DNA from: Ignavibacteriota bacterium
GTDB taxonomy: Bacteria; Bacteroidota; Ignavibacteria; UBA10030; UBA6906
Length of the DNA stretch: 64,000 nt
Direction: 5' to 3'
NCBI GenBank assembly: GCA_963801355.1
Contig: CAWDEM010000008.1
Span: forward strand, 2,496,001 to 2,560,000
Made by a program: the position numbers and the translations under genes
Shown here: positions 47,059-57,846 of the stretch, one piece after another
Numbering within the stretch: the first letter of the stretch is position 1
Layout of the letters: every line of letters begins with the position of its first letter
Notes under the pieces: model-generated
The model's input: only the letters and a program-made list of their open reading frames with translations
Told to the model about the DNA's origin: nothing
Databases searched by the model: none

Positions 47059-48062
47059 GATGCCTTGCTCGCCGGATTCGCGCCCGTTACGGCTTCTTTC
47101 CTGATCCACACGAAGTCACGTGGATACCGGCCGGGTGGCGGCAAACCGCGGAGAATGCCCAGGATGAAGTGCACAGAGATCAAGGCACGATTATGGAGAA
47201 ACAGCCAGATCCGTTTCGGCCCCTTCCGGAGCACAAGCAGAGCCAGACCCAGCACAACGGCTCCGCCCACTCCGAGGAACCAGCCGCCGCCTTCGGAGAA
47301 ACCGAGCACGATCAGTCCTACAAGGAGGAGACCCGCAATCCATACAGCAAAGACTTCGCTGTGCTCCTTCAACAGATCCCAGAACGGCGGCTGCAACGCG
47401 TACCGGCGCATGATCTGCCCGACCCCGGCAAAATACACTGATCGTCCGACGTTTTCCTCTACACTACGTTTCTTTTCAATGTGATGGGCCATCGGGTGGT
47501 CCACGCGTACAACGCTGTACCCGCGGCGTGACAGCCGGTATGCAAGCTCACGCTCTTCCTCCCCGCGCAGGAAGGGATTGAAGGTCCCGCACTCTTCGAG
47601 CGCTTGCCTGCGATAGAGCGCAGCCCCCCCCAACCCGGGAACAATTCCCAGAGGAAGACCGTCTTCCCGGGCGAAATTCAGAGGTTCCCCGGGCGCCACC
47701 GGAAACAATCGCCCGCTCACCCCGCCGATGTGACGGTCCTCCAGCACCTTGATCGCACTGGCAATCCACCCGTCCACGATAATCATATCGCCGTCAACAA
47801 AGAACAGCAATTCCCCGTGGGTCAGGTCCGTCCCCAGCCACCGACCCGCCGCGGGGGAGAGCAGGCCGGTATCGCGGAAACCGGCAATCGCCACGGGGTA
47901 GCGCCGGGCGACATCGACTGTACCGTCTGATGACGCCGAATCCACAAAGAGAATCTCGGTCCGGTAGTTCGCCGTGGCACGAACGACCGATTCAAGACAG
48001 GGGCCGATGGTCAGCTCTTCATTCCGCGCAATGATGACAACACTGAGTTCCGGCAAGCTCAT
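47055..48062 (-). CDS. Glycosyltransferase family 2 with C-terminal TM helices
   Basis: SVVIIARNEE, VDSASSDGT, FVDGD, GEEERE; ATGA overlap. Confidence 0.88.
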   Translation of the reverse strand: MSLPELSVVIIARNEELTIGPCLESVVRATANYRTEILFVDSASSDGTVDVARRYPVAIAGFRDTGLLSPAAGRWLGTDLTHGELLFFVDGDMIIVDGWIASAIKVLEDRHIGGVSGRLFPVAPGEPLNFAREDGLPLGIVPGLGGAALYRRQALEECGTFNPFLRGEEERELAYRLSRRGYSVVRVDHPMAHHIEKKRSVEENVGRSVYFAGVGQIMRRYALQPPFWDLLKEHSEVFAVWIAGLLLVGLIVLGFSEGGGWFLGVGGAVVLGLALLVLRKGPKRIWLFLHNRALISVHFILGILRGLPPPGRYPRDFVWIRKEAVTGANPASKAS

Positions 48063-49027
48063 GATTTCTCTTGCGTTGTGTGCTCCGGCGAGTGCAGCGC
48101 TTTCCCTGCCAGCGCCAACGTGGCACCCGGACCGGCGAACAATGCCTGTATCCCGTACACGCCGGCCCGAACAACGTGGCCGCGTTTCCACGCATGGCGT
48201 CCGAGAGACCAATACGCGTCAGCAATCCGCATCCGCAGACACCGGCGCTGATCCCGCGTGAGCCCTGGAAACTTCCTGAGGATGTCGCGAAACGCCTTTG
48301 TTTTGTTATGGTACCGCCGCTCCTCCTGCCCCGTCGAAGTCAACCGCTCTTCCCCCGGTGCATCGGCTGTCAATTTGCTGCCGATCCACCGGACGGCGCA
48401 GGCCGGTCTTCCAATGCCGATCTTCAGGAAGAAATGCGTATCGTGAGCATTGCGGAGATCAGCCCACAGTCCACCTTCTTTAAGAAACGTACTGCGGCGG
48501 CAGACAGTGGACTGCAGCATCATGGGCTGGTATTCCCTCATGACCCATTCGGCGGCATCGGGTACCATCACGTGATCTGCCGCGATGGCAAACCCACCCC
48601 GGTCCCACCAGGTTTCATCCGGTGACTCCGCGACGAGCATATCGTCAAAGTAGAGCTCGGCGGAGCTGCCGGTGGCGTTCATGGCACTGACGATTTTTTC
48701 CAGATGGCGTTGGGTCCAGATATCGTCGGAGTCAAGAAAAGCGATCCATGGTTTCGTTGCCTCGCTGACGCCACGGTTTCGTGCCTCCGCCCCTCCTTTG
48801 TTCGGCTGTCGCACATATCGCACGGCCTGCCCGAACCGGCGTATCGCGGCCTCCGTGTCGTCAGTGGAACCGTCATCCACGACAATGATCTCGGCCGGAG
48901 GGAACGATTGGTCCAACGCGGACTGAATCGCTCGCCCCACCAGGCGGGCCCGGTTGTACGTCGGGATGACCGCGCTGAATTCGATTGTCTCTGACTGCGT
49001 GGCCGTGTCGGGTGCAAACGGCGTCAT
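48059..49027 (-). CDS. Glycosyltransferase family 2
   Basis: VIPTYNRA, VDDGSTD, ARNRG, FLDSDD. Confidence 0.92.
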   Translation of the reverse strand: MTPFAPDTATQSETIEFSAVIPTYNRARLVGRAIQSALDQSFPPAEIIVVDDGSTDDTEAAIRRFGQAVRYVRQPNKGGAEARNRGVSEATKPWIAFLDSDDIWTQRHLEKIVSAMNATGSSAELYFDDMLVAESPDETWWDRGGFAIAADHVMVPDAAEWVMREYQPMMLQSTVCRRSTFLKEGGLWADLRNAHDTHFFLKIGIGRPACAVRWIGSKLTADAPGEERLTSTGQEERRYHNKTKAFRDILRKFPGLTRDQRRCLRMRIADAYWSLGRHAWKRGHVVRAGVYGIQALFAGPGATLALAGKALHSPEHTTQEKS

Positions 49028-51834
49028 CTGATCAACATCATGCGTTTGACCATCACGCGCTCATCCCGGTTCACCGAGAGCCGGTAGAAATAGATGCCGG
49101 ACGAAAGACCGTCCGCTCTGAACGAAATCCGGTGGAATCCCGCCGCCTGCCGTTCGTCACGCAGCACCGCCACACGTTGTCCCAGCGTGGTGAAGACCTC
49201 AAGAAGGATGTGCGACTCCGCAGGAATTCCATATTCGACAACCGTCTCCGGGTTGAACGGGTTGGGATAGTTCTGACTCAGACTCACTTCCGACGGGAGT
49301 CCACGTTCGTCCGCCACAGCGGTCAGACTGCGCCGGAATCTCCGTATCTCGCTGTATGGACCCCATCCCGTCAGGTTCCCCGCCCGGACTCGCCAGAAGT
49401 AGGTTCTCTCGAGTTCAAGTCCCCGCCGGATCGTTACCGTGTCAGTGAGAGAAGAGTCCAAATCCGGCCAGGCAAAGAGGGAGTCATCCGTGATCTCAAA
49501 CCAGTACCGGGTCCCCGGATGGTTGTTCGCTCTCCAGACGCACACCACTGTATCCGCCTGTGTCCTCATGTTGTTCGCGGGCGCGACCAGAGCGATCTGG
49601 TTCGGGACCGGAAGATACGTGGAGAACCAACGGCTCAGGCAGTACGGACCTCTCCCATTGGCATTGCGTGATCGCAGGCGCCAGTAGTACTTCGTGAATG
49701 CCGTGAGACCGTTCACCTGGCGGGAAGTCCCGGTGATCAACGAGTCGTTCACAACTATGCCGGAGCCGAATGACGGGTCGGTGGCCACCTGGATATCATA
49801 TCCAGTCGCGCCCGAGGAAGCGGACCACGCCAGCGTGACCGTGGTGTTCAGGCCGGTAGTCCCGTTCAACGGTGACACCAGCCTGGGAACCGGCGGGAGC
49901 GTCGCACGGATATAGTCAAAGAGGGCCGTATTTGCCGGAACCGGTGAGCCATAGTTCCCGGCGACAAGCCCGACGCTGCGCACGATGAGCGTGTGGGTGA
50001 ATTCTGCCGCCGGATTCCATGTCGACCCGTCGAGCGAATACATCTGTGTCCAGGTATTGCGCTCGCGCTTGATCCGCATGTAGACCGGGGAAGTACCGTT
50101 TGGTGCAAGCGCGACGTCGGAACGGCTCGAGGATGCATTACCCACCACGACTCCCGCATACGTACGCATCGATGAGCCGTTTGAGTACACCTCAAACTGA
50201 ACGTAGTTCGCGGCATCGGCAATGATATCAATCCCGGCTGTCTGGACCTGCTGGCTCATCGCACTCGCGAACTTCACATCAAGCTGGAAATCTCCATCTG
50301 TCGCCGGCTGTACCACCCGTGGCATGGTGTTGCCGCCTCCCGTGACGGCATGCTCCACATTTTGCGGAAGAACAACCCGGAGGTTGCCACCTTCCACGGT
50401 CACCGTTGCATCTCCGAGCGGGTTCTGGACGGTCCAGAGTGCCGAATCAATCGGCTGCACATCGAATTCGTCAGTGACAATTGCGGCGTACCCTCCGGTC
50501 GTAAACACCTGGTCGGCCGACACGGCGGTATTTCCCCACGCATCGAATCCGAACACACGGTAGTGATATGTCGTATTCGGTTGGAGACCGGTGAGTGTGA
50601 ATACGTGCTGCGTCACGAGATCTGCATCCGCACGTTCAGTCCCGTACGCGGTGGTCGGACCATACTCAATCCGGCCTCGCGCCAATTCATCGGTCATCCA
50701 TTGAATGTCAGCAGAGGTCCTTCCCTGCGCTACCGAAAGTCCGCTCAGCATCGGGGGTTGATGATCGGTCGTAATCGGAGTGACGGTCACCTTGCCGAAT
50801 GTTGCGTCCACCCAGTGTGCCAGCAGGAGGACCGAACCCCGCTGAGGACTGGATGAGGGAGCCTGCCAGGTGAGGTCATACTTTGCAGGCTCCGAGACGC
50901 TCACGTCCCAGACCTTGAAGGAATAGTCGATGCCTGAGCCCGACCCTTCCACCCGCATTTTGAAGTAGTAGGGAACATTATAGGGAATAGTCTTGCCGCT
51001 GAAATCATAGACGTTATTCCAGATGCTCAACTGTTCCCCTGTCGTCTTGAACATATAAAATGCGCCGCAGCCGTATGGATTGTACCCGGTCTTGGGTTGC
51101 CATCCCGCGACCGGATCATCAGTATGCCCCGTCCAACCCAGGAAAAGTCCGACAGCCGGAGCTCCGCTGGTTGACCCGTAGCCGGCGGGATCAAAGCTAT
51201 GAATGGTCACCGGGACGGTGATCTCAAAGTCTCTCCATGTTGTATCACCGATGGCAACAAGTCGGTCATAGCTGACATTGGTAATTCTGAGACCTCCCGT
51301 GGTCACGTGCCACAATCCGTCAACCACCTGCGCGGTGTCAGTGAGACTGCCGGCGTTCGTCCAACTGATCGTGTGCGCGCGCGGCCACACGGTGCCGGGG
51401 AGATACCGCACAATCACGCTGTCACGCGTGTACACTCCGTAGCCGTTTCGTGCTGTCACCGCGACGACATTCGAGTCGGGCAGGGGCCGCAGCGCGGTAT
51501 AGGCGATATCAATATTGAAGTCTCCGGTCCCTGCCAGGCGCCTCGTATCCTGGCCGATGCTCAGCGTCACTGCCGGCCCCCCATTCAGCGTGTAGTTCAA
51601 TGAAGCAATGCCGTTGGGATCTGAAACATTCCCGAGGATATTTACCCAGCGTTGCGGCACACCAATCCTGCCAAATGTCTGGCGCTTCCCGTACCAGAAC
51701 GTGAGCGTCGTCGCGTTCGTGGATGTGGAAGAGGAAATCGTTTCACCGGGTTCCTGACCGAGCGCGCGATCCGGGGCGAGACCGAGTATGCCGGAGAGCA
51801 TCCACGAGAACAGAATGAGATGAGTCCTTTTCAT
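49024..51834 (-). CDS. T9SS-sorted protein with concanavalin-like (DUF1349-like) and FN3 domains
   Basis: Signal peptide; EYGPTTAYG...LQPNTTYHYRV; YMRIKRERNTWTQMYSLDG; YYWRL/YFWRV modules; CTD QNYPNPFNP. Confidence 0.82.
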   Translation of the reverse strand: MKRTHLILFSWMLSGILGLAPDRALGQEPGETISSSTSTNATTLTFWYGKRQTFGRIGVPQRWVNILGNVSDPNGIASLNYTLNGGPAVTLSIGQDTRRLAGTGDFNIDIAYTALRPLPDSNVVAVTARNGYGVYTRDSVIVRYLPGTVWPRAHTISWTNAGSLTDTAQVVDGLWHVTTGGLRITNVSYDRLVAIGDTTWRDFEITVPVTIHSFDPAGYGSTSGAPAVGLFLGWTGHTDDPVAGWQPKTGYNPYGCGAFYMFKTTGEQLSIWNNVYDFSGKTIPYNVPYYFKMRVEGSGSGIDYSFKVWDVSVSEPAKYDLTWQAPSSSPQRGSVLLLAHWVDATFGKVTVTPITTDHQPPMLSGLSVAQGRTSADIQWMTDELARGRIEYGPTTAYGTERADADLVTQHVFTLTGLQPNTTYHYRVFGFDAWGNTAVSADQVFTTGGYAAIVTDEFDVQPIDSALWTVQNPLGDATVTVEGGNLRVVLPQNVEHAVTGGGNTMPRVVQPATDGDFQLDVKFASAMSQQVQTAGIDIIADAANYVQFEVYSNGSSMRTYAGVVVGNASSSRSDVALAPNGTSPVYMRIKRERNTWTQMYSLDGSTWNPAAEFTHTLIVRSVGLVAGNYGSPVPANTALFDYIRATLPPVPRLVSPLNGTTGLNTTVTLAWSASSGATGYDIQVATDPSFGSGIVVNDSLITGTSRQVNGLTAFTKYYWRLRSRNANGRGPYCLSRWFSTYLPVPNQIALVAPANNMRTQADTVVCVWRANNHPGTRYWFEITDDSLFAWPDLDSSLTDTVTIRRGLELERTYFWRVRAGNLTGWGPYSEIRRFRRSLTAVADERGLPSEVSLSQNYPNPFNPETVVEYGIPAESHILLEVFTTLGQRVAVLRDERQAAGFHRISFRADGLSSGIYFYRLSVNRDERVMVKRMMLIR

Positions 51835-51880
51835 TATCTTCTTTCTACGTGTACAACCGTTGTGTGGGCAGCGCCACGCG

Positions 51881-52990
51881 CTACCGCACTACCCCCGCAA
51901 CCCGGCGAAACGTCGCAAGGGTTCCCTTGGCCGCAGTATACATTTTGCTCGCCCTGTAATTCGGGATCTCTGAGAAGTGACGGTCCCTCGATGATTCGAA
52001 CTCGCTCCGCGACACACCGGTTCTCTGCAGAAACTCCTCGAGGACCTCCGGTGCATTCCGGACCTCGCTCTCCTCAGCACGCTGGAGAGCCTCTGCACGG
52101 GACATCTCGCCGATGCGTACCAGGGCCGCATAGGCAGGCGTCACCTCGGAGAATCCCCACCTCCGGTTCATCAGGTAGTCTTTCAACGGATTGAGCCGGC
52201 AATCTCCATGCTCGAGCTCTTCCGACGGCGGTTCCCATCCGATCTCGCGCTTGAGTATCTCTTTCATCCCGTCCGTTCCGGGGTGGACGTAATCCAGGAC
52301 TTCGATGTTCACAGGAGAGAGGCCAAGATATCGCTTCAGCGTCCTTCCTACCGGCGGCGCCGTCATATAACTCCGGACATCGTCAGAAGCGATCCGCCCC
52401 CGGATTACATTCAGGTAATAGCGTCTGTCCGTGTAGTGAGACATGCTCATGCCATCGAGCCCGGAATCCCTATCGGACGATCCTCCCAGCGCAATAAGCC
52501 GGAGGCCATTCTGCTGTGCAATGCGGTTGGCGGCAGCCCCGATCATCATATTACAGGGGGAGCAGAACTCCCCGGCCCGGAGCAGAAACGTCTTGTAGAG
52601 TTCCAGGAGGCGACGCTCCGAGGGCTTGAACGTCACCAACTCTGCGCCCAGCGTCTTGACTGCCCGCTGAATATTCATCCGCGCACGTTCGGACTGGAAC
52701 CCGTTGTCAAAATTGTAGGCGAGAACAGAAAGGCCGAACTCTTTTGCCATGAGGTAGAGGGCGAACATACTGTCCTTCCCTCCGCTCACAGGGACGAGCA
52801 CGTCGTATACGCCCCGCCCGCGGAATTTGTGCAGGATCTGTTCCAGCTCTTTTCGCCTGGCTTCCCCGGACTTCTCGGCACGCCGGGCGCGGCGATCACT
52901 GAATGCATGGCAATGATTGCAGATCTTGTTTTCGTCAAGACTCACATCCGGCAGGCTCGACGGCAGAATGCATGTGACACATCGCTCCAT
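51881..52990 (-). CDS. N-acetyl sugar amidotransferase-like PP-loop ATPase
   Basis: CVTC...CNHC, VSGGKDS PP-loop, CSPC, EHGDC, GEMSRAEAL. Confidence 0.8.
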   Translation of the reverse strand: MERCVTCILPSSLPDVSLDENKICNHCHAFSDRRARRAEKSGEARRKELEQILHKFRGRGVYDVLVPVSGGKDSMFALYLMAKEFGLSVLAYNFDNGFQSERARMNIQRAVKTLGAELVTFKPSERRLLELYKTFLLRAGEFCSPCNMMIGAAANRIAQQNGLRLIALGGSSDRDSGLDGMSMSHYTDRRYYLNVIRGRIASDDVRSYMTAPPVGRTLKRYLGLSPVNIEVLDYVHPGTDGMKEILKREIGWEPPSEELEHGDCRLNPLKDYLMNRRWGFSEVTPAYAALVRIGEMSRAEALQRAEESEVRNAPEVLEEFLQRTGVSRSEFESSRDRHFSEIPNYRASKMYTAAKGTLATFRRVAGVVR

Positions 52991-53002
52991 GGAACCTCCC
53001 TG

Positions 53003-55123
53003 TTATCGCAACAGAAGCATCGCCCGTGTCCACACCTGGCCGTCCACCGTGAGCCTGTAGAAGTACACCCCCGAAGGCAACGATGCCTCGGGAGAGAATG
53101 CCAGCGCGTGCACACCGGCGCCCTGAGACTCATTCACCAGGGTCGCAACAGTCTGCCCCAGGGCATTGAATACCGCCAGGGTCACTCTCCCCGCGGAGGG
53201 CAGGACATACTGGATGATGGTGGACGGGTTGAACGGATTCGGATAGTTCTGCATGAGACGCACACCATCCGGTGTTCCGGCGGCATCCTCGACGTGCGTA
53301 AGACTGGTATTGAAATTCCGGAGTTCGCTGTAAGGACCCCAGCCCGCCACATTTCCCGCTCTTGCTCGCCAGAAGTACTGCCCCAGGTCGAGTGAGAGGA
53401 CTTTCACCGTATCTGTGAGCGTGGAATCCATGTCGGGGAATGCAAAGAACGGATCGTTTGTCCACTCCACCGCATAGCGTGTGGCACCGGGGACCAGATT
53501 CCAGCGGCAGACCACACTGTCGCGCCGGGCCCATCCGCCGTCTGTCGGGGAGACGAGTTTCACCTGATTCGGCAATCCACCGACCGTTTCAAATCTCCAT
53601 GGCTGGCAGAATGGGAGCGTATACGATGCCATGCCCGCGGCCACGCGCCAGTAGAATCTCGTGCCGGAGGCCAGCAGCCCCGAGGTCCAGACCGTGTCGG
53701 TCGGCGACGCATCGGCGACAATCGAGCCGGGAGTAAAGAGGGTGTCACGGGCAATCTGAATGCGGTAGTGGGTCGCCAGCGGATATGCCCTCCAGGAGAG
53801 ACGGGGGGTCCGCGACTGGTATGTGGCACCATCAGGAGGCGCCAGAAGCGTCACCGGAGCCGTCTGGAGTTGCTCGGGCTGACCGACAGCAGCTGCCAGC
53901 GTGCCGCCCGCCGAACGAATAAGCGCCGCTGTTGGCGTGTACAAAGTGCCTTCCACAATCCCGTAGACAAAATGCTGGGGGGTCGTGTACAGATACATAT
54001 TGGACAAATGGCGTCCAAACCCGAACACCGTCATCTTTCCATCCAGAGGCGGCGCAACGGAAGTCATCGCGTAGTATTGGTCCATGATATTGTCCCGCTC
54101 CTCGTGATAGAGATAGAGCGAGCGGTTCACGTTGGGGTCGCTGAAGTACACCCACTCGTCGCCGGGGATATCTTCTTCCCACCGCACCGATGCCGGTGTC
54201 TGCCTGCCATCACTCCGTACGACAAAATCCACATCGGGCTCCATCAGGCCTCCCGGCGTTCCTTCATACAGAATCCAGTAGGCACTGTCTGTCTTGATCA
54301 TGGTCAATCGTGCATACTCAGGATAAATATCCCATTGACATTCGAAGAAGCCGGAGACCAGGATGGAATGGATGGTGGTTTTCAATGGGCCCTGGTGCTT
54401 GAGAGTGCTGATGGATGCAGCATCGCCGCTCGCCCCGGGATGGAAGAACCCGCGAGGATAGCACGAATTCGGGATCCCGCGTGCATCCCCGGCGGCTTCA
54501 CTGTTGAACGTCGGATTGTATCCCACCCAGTCATTGCCATTCCTGTCCAGCCAACTCGAATACGCCCCCCCGATTTTCTGATAGAACATAGTGCCGGAGG
54601 CATTCGAGATCCTGAAGCATTCCTGGCCTTCATCCCACACGCCGTCGGTGACCGAGACACGCGGAGAGACCACCGCGGGAGACCCTCCCTGACCCACACA
54701 ATCGAAGTAGACGTGGTACGTGCGGGTAGTCGAAGCCGGTGTGGAGCCATCCAGCAGAACCACAAGCGTGCCCGCAGCATTGGTGGAATCATTGTAGTCG
54801 GCATCGCGATCGAACTGGAACGCCACGGTATCGACGATGGGATCACCGGTCTGGTTCACCTCGACGACACGGATCTTTGCCGCATCAAGCTTCCCCTGGA
54901 CCCCGAGCTGTCCCATCAACGCGGTAAAGTTGAGGTGCGTCTCGGCTGGTCGCCGGATGCGCTCGACATCGCCTGTGGAAAACTGCACGGGTACGCGGAA
55001 CCGCCAGCTGGGATTCCACCACCCGGCCTCGGCGCGCACCCCTGCAACGAGGAGAACCAGCAGGACAAAGACGAAGAACGATCGTGCTGACACGATCCGG
55101 CCTGAAGCCACCATAGCGTTCAT
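53003..55123 (-). CDS. T9SS-sorted protein with DUF2341-like N-terminus and FN3 modules
   Basis: AAGGAGG RBS before ATG 55123; WWNPSWRFRVPV...YHVYF; FYWRV/YFWRA modules; CTD QNYPNPFNP. Confidence 0.8.
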   Translation of the reverse strand: MNAMVASGRIVSARSFFVFVLLVLLVAGVRAEAGWWNPSWRFRVPVQFSTGDVERIRRPAETHLNFTALMGQLGVQGKLDAAKIRVVEVNQTGDPIVDTVAFQFDRDADYNDSTNAAGTLVVLLDGSTPASTTRTYHVYFDCVGQGGSPAVVSPRVSVTDGVWDEGQECFRISNASGTMFYQKIGGAYSSWLDRNGNDWVGYNPTFNSEAAGDARGIPNSCYPRGFFHPGASGDAASISTLKHQGPLKTTIHSILVSGFFECQWDIYPEYARLTMIKTDSAYWILYEGTPGGLMEPDVDFVVRSDGRQTPASVRWEEDIPGDEWVYFSDPNVNRSLYLYHEERDNIMDQYYAMTSVAPPLDGKMTVFGFGRHLSNMYLYTTPQHFVYGIVEGTLYTPTAALIRSAGGTLAAAVGQPEQLQTAPVTLLAPPDGATYQSRTPRLSWRAYPLATHYRIQIARDTLFTPGSIVADASPTDTVWTSGLLASGTRFYWRVAAGMASYTLPFCQPWRFETVGGLPNQVKLVSPTDGGWARRDSVVCRWNLVPGATRYAVEWTNDPFFAFPDMDSTLTDTVKVLSLDLGQYFWRARAGNVAGWGPYSELRNFNTSLTHVEDAAGTPDGVRLMQNYPNPFNPSTIIQYVLPSAGRVTLAVFNALGQTVATLVNESQGAGVHALAFSPEASLPSGVYFYRLTVDGQVWTRAMLLLR

Positions 55124-55253
55124 GGACCTCCTTGTAAAGATAACGAACACACGCCCGACGCTCCCGTCGGGCTCGGGTCCCGCGATACACAGAGGCCCTC
55201 GCAAGGTGCAAGCCTGCAAGGGCCTACGCGATAACGCGATTGACGACGGCAAG

Positions 55254-57716
55254 CTACTTCATGAGCACCATTTTGTTCATCAGGGTCACGTTATTAGCCG
55301 TCATGCGATACAGATAGATGCCGCTGGCCAGGTCGCTGGCGTCAAACCGCACCTGGTGATAGCCCGCACCCCTCACCTCATCCACGAGCACGGCCACACG
55401 TTCGCCGAGGATGTTGTACACCTCCAGCGTGACATGGGATTCGCGCGGAAGATCGAAGGCAATCCGCGTCGAGGGATTGAATGGGTTGGGGAAGTTGTTA
55501 TGAAGCCGGACCTCTTTCGGCAGCTCCGCGACATCGTCCACACCGGTCCAGGCGACATTGATGCGGCGGACCGTGCTGGATGCTCCCCAGCCGCCGCTGT
55601 TGCCCGCACGCACCTTCCAGAAATACGTGTGGTTGTTCACCGCCAGCTTGAAGCCCTTTACTGTATCGGTGACCGTGCTGTCGAGCTGTTTGAACGTAAA
55701 GAGCGAGTCGAAGCCCACTTCAATCCAGTATTTTGACGCGCCGTTCTGCTTGCGCCATGTGAACGTCACGCTGTCGCTGGTGAGATTGTCGTCGTTAGCC
55801 GGGCTGGACAACGTCACCTGCCCTGGAACCGGGAGGAGGGTGGTAAATGTCCAGGCGGACGTAAACGTTCCGAACCCTGTTACTGTTTTCGCAGCGACAT
55901 GCCAGTAGTACTGAGTATTGTATGACAGGCCCGTTACCGCACGCGTTGTGTCCGTTCGCGTTGAATCGTCAACGATCAGGCCTCCGGCAAATGACGGATC
56001 AATACCGAGCTGGACATAGTATGCAGTGGCACCCTCGACCGCGCGCCACCGTAACGTCGGGCTGAGTGGCAGACCGGTACTGCCGTCAGCCGGAGACACG
56101 GGCGTCGGCAGGAGGACAAAAGTCGTGAAGTTCCAGGCAGGCGAGAAGTCTCCAGACATCGCCGCGTTCTTCGCCCTTACCCGCCAGAAGTACTTGGTAA
56201 ACGGCTGGAGACCGCTCACCTGCTTGGTAGTGTCGGCGATGGTGGAATCATCGAACGCGACCGTAGCAAACGTGGAGTCGGAACTCACCTGCAGACGGTA
56301 TGAAGCTGCCGTCCAGGCTCTCCGCCACCGGAGTGTCGTCGTAGGCGGCTGTGATGGATTGTTGTTCGTGGGCGCAACCAGCGCCGGTGCTGCCGGCTGC
56401 GGGGAACCGTAGCCGCTTCCCGCATACTGCACCATGATCCCGGGTCCGGGCCAGTGGAACATCATCCCCGTGCCCTGCGACTCCGAGTAGTAGTCTACAG
56501 CGTTTTCCCCCACAACCAGGGCTGACGTCGGGAAGTTCACCACAGAGAGGGCATAGTAATGGTCATCGCCGAATAGGGGGAGCGCGTACGCACCGACCTT
56601 CACCCAGTGTTGCTCTCCCGGAGCAATCTGCACGTCCAGGCCGTTCCAGGACGAAATCCAGAACGTCGCCGCGGTTGCATCGCTCAGATTTGTGCCGGTC
56701 GGAATCGCGAAGAAGGACCATTTCTGTTTACCGACCCGCAGCTCACAAGCCTCGGGCATGCCGTACGGCTTGTACAACTTCACAGACTTCCCCGCACGAA
56801 CAAGAGAGAGGTCTTCAGCGTACGGCGTCATGTACATCACGCCGTTATTGTCCCGGATGATGGCGCCCAGTGTGACCCCGCCCAGCACCTGGTCGGGGAC
56901 CCATTCGGTGTTCCAGGTGACCGACCAGGGCGCGTTGGTTGCAGTCCCGATGTGGTTGTGCAACTTCATCACCGTTTCGGACTTCGCACGGTGGTAGTTG
57001 TATTGCCAGTCTTTGTAGTACCCGTCGCCATCCGTATCGTACGAATCATAGTAGCCGAGGAAGTCCACTTGGCTGACACCAACCGGACTTGACGCACTCA
57101 CGGTGATCACGGGATTCTCTCCCAGGGCCCCGCCATAGGCTACCGAGGTAATCGTCCCCGTTGGATGCGCTTTTGTCGAATCATAGTAGACACGGAGGAC
57201 AATGCCGTCGAAACCCCACTGCCCCCATCCGAAATCGTAGCACGTCTGCCCCGTGTTTGTTCCTTCCATCGAAACCGACCCTTCGCTCAGATGCGACAGA
57301 GGGACGTCTATGACGGCATTGTATTGCGATAGATAGCATTCTCCCTGCCCCGGGGTAGTGCGCAATTCCGAGATGGGAATCCAGCTATTATTGTTGAACC
57401 GTATCGCCTTCCCGGATGTACCGGCGTGGCCGCCCCAGACATCAATGACCGCTTCCGCACGGATTGCATGCTGAAGGTCGGTGACGTTGAAATACAGGAC
57501 CGCATTCGGGAGAAAGGTTTGGGCCTGCGGATTGGTTGCATTGGGATCCGTCACCCGCCACTCGTAGTAGAACATGTTGGCCCGTGTGAACTCCTTAAAG
57601 ATATCTCCCGCCTGAGGGCCTCGCAACAACCACTGAGCGTGGGAGATGCCTGTGGTCGCCAACACGAGTATCACGGCAGAAACAGGCAACAGTGACTTGT
57701 TGAACCATCGTTTCAT
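55254..57716 (-). CDS. T9SS-sorted protein with unknown N-terminal domain and 3 FN3 modules
   Basis: GGAGG RBS; signal peptide MKRWFNKS...; YFWRV/YYWHV/YFWKV modules; CTD NNFPNPFNP...GIYLYRM...K. Confidence 0.82.
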   Translation of the reverse strand: MKRWFNKSLLPVSAVILVLATTGISHAQWLLRGPQAGDIFKEFTRANMFYYEWRVTDPNATNPQAQTFLPNAVLYFNVTDLQHAIRAEAVIDVWGGHAGTSGKAIRFNNNSWIPISELRTTPGQGECYLSQYNAVIDVPLSHLSEGSVSMEGTNTGQTCYDFGWGQWGFDGIVLRVYYDSTKAHPTGTITSVAYGGALGENPVITVSASSPVGVSQVDFLGYYDSYDTDGDGYYKDWQYNYHRAKSETVMKLHNHIGTATNAPWSVTWNTEWVPDQVLGGVTLGAIIRDNNGVMYMTPYAEDLSLVRAGKSVKLYKPYGMPEACELRVGKQKWSFFAIPTGTNLSDATAATFWISSWNGLDVQIAPGEQHWVKVGAYALPLFGDDHYYALSVVNFPTSALVVGENAVDYYSESQGTGMMFHWPGPGIMVQYAGSGYGSPQPAAPALVAPTNNNPSQPPTTTLRWRRAWTAASYRLQVSSDSTFATVAFDDSTIADTTKQVSGLQPFTKYFWRVRAKNAAMSGDFSPAWNFTTFVLLPTPVSPADGSTGLPLSPTLRWRAVEGATAYYVQLGIDPSFAGGLIVDDSTRTDTTRAVTGLSYNTQYYWHVAAKTVTGFGTFTSAWTFTTLLPVPGQVTLSSPANDDNLTSDSVTFTWRKQNGASKYWIEVGFDSLFTFKQLDSTVTDTVKGFKLAVNNHTYFWKVRAGNSGGWGASSTVRRINVAWTGVDDVAELPKEVRLHNNFPNPFNPSTRIAFDLPRESHVTLEVYNILGERVAVLVDEVRGAGYHQVRFDASDLASGIYLYRMTANNVTLMNKMVLMK

Positions 57717-57846
57717 CGAACCGTCCTCCTTTGTGTGTCCCCCGGGTTCACTCCACTTCCTCTCGTGTTGACACCGGGGGAGGCCGCCCCGGAACATACG
57801 CTCCCGGCCGGGCGCCCTCCCCCCGATGCTCTCTTCTCCCCCACTA

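Noticed and set aside
51877-51888. ops/JUMPstart-like GCGGTAGCGCG on the minus strand
   Set aside because: Imperfect match that overlaps a stop codon in mid-operon; such a 7-mer is expected several times by chance in 64 kb of GC-rich DNA.
52208-55090. Long plus-strand ORFs (395 and 440 aa), and similar ones at 4271-5353 and 59470-60600
   Set aside because: Antisense shadows of well-supported genes in GC-rich DNA, with no motifs.
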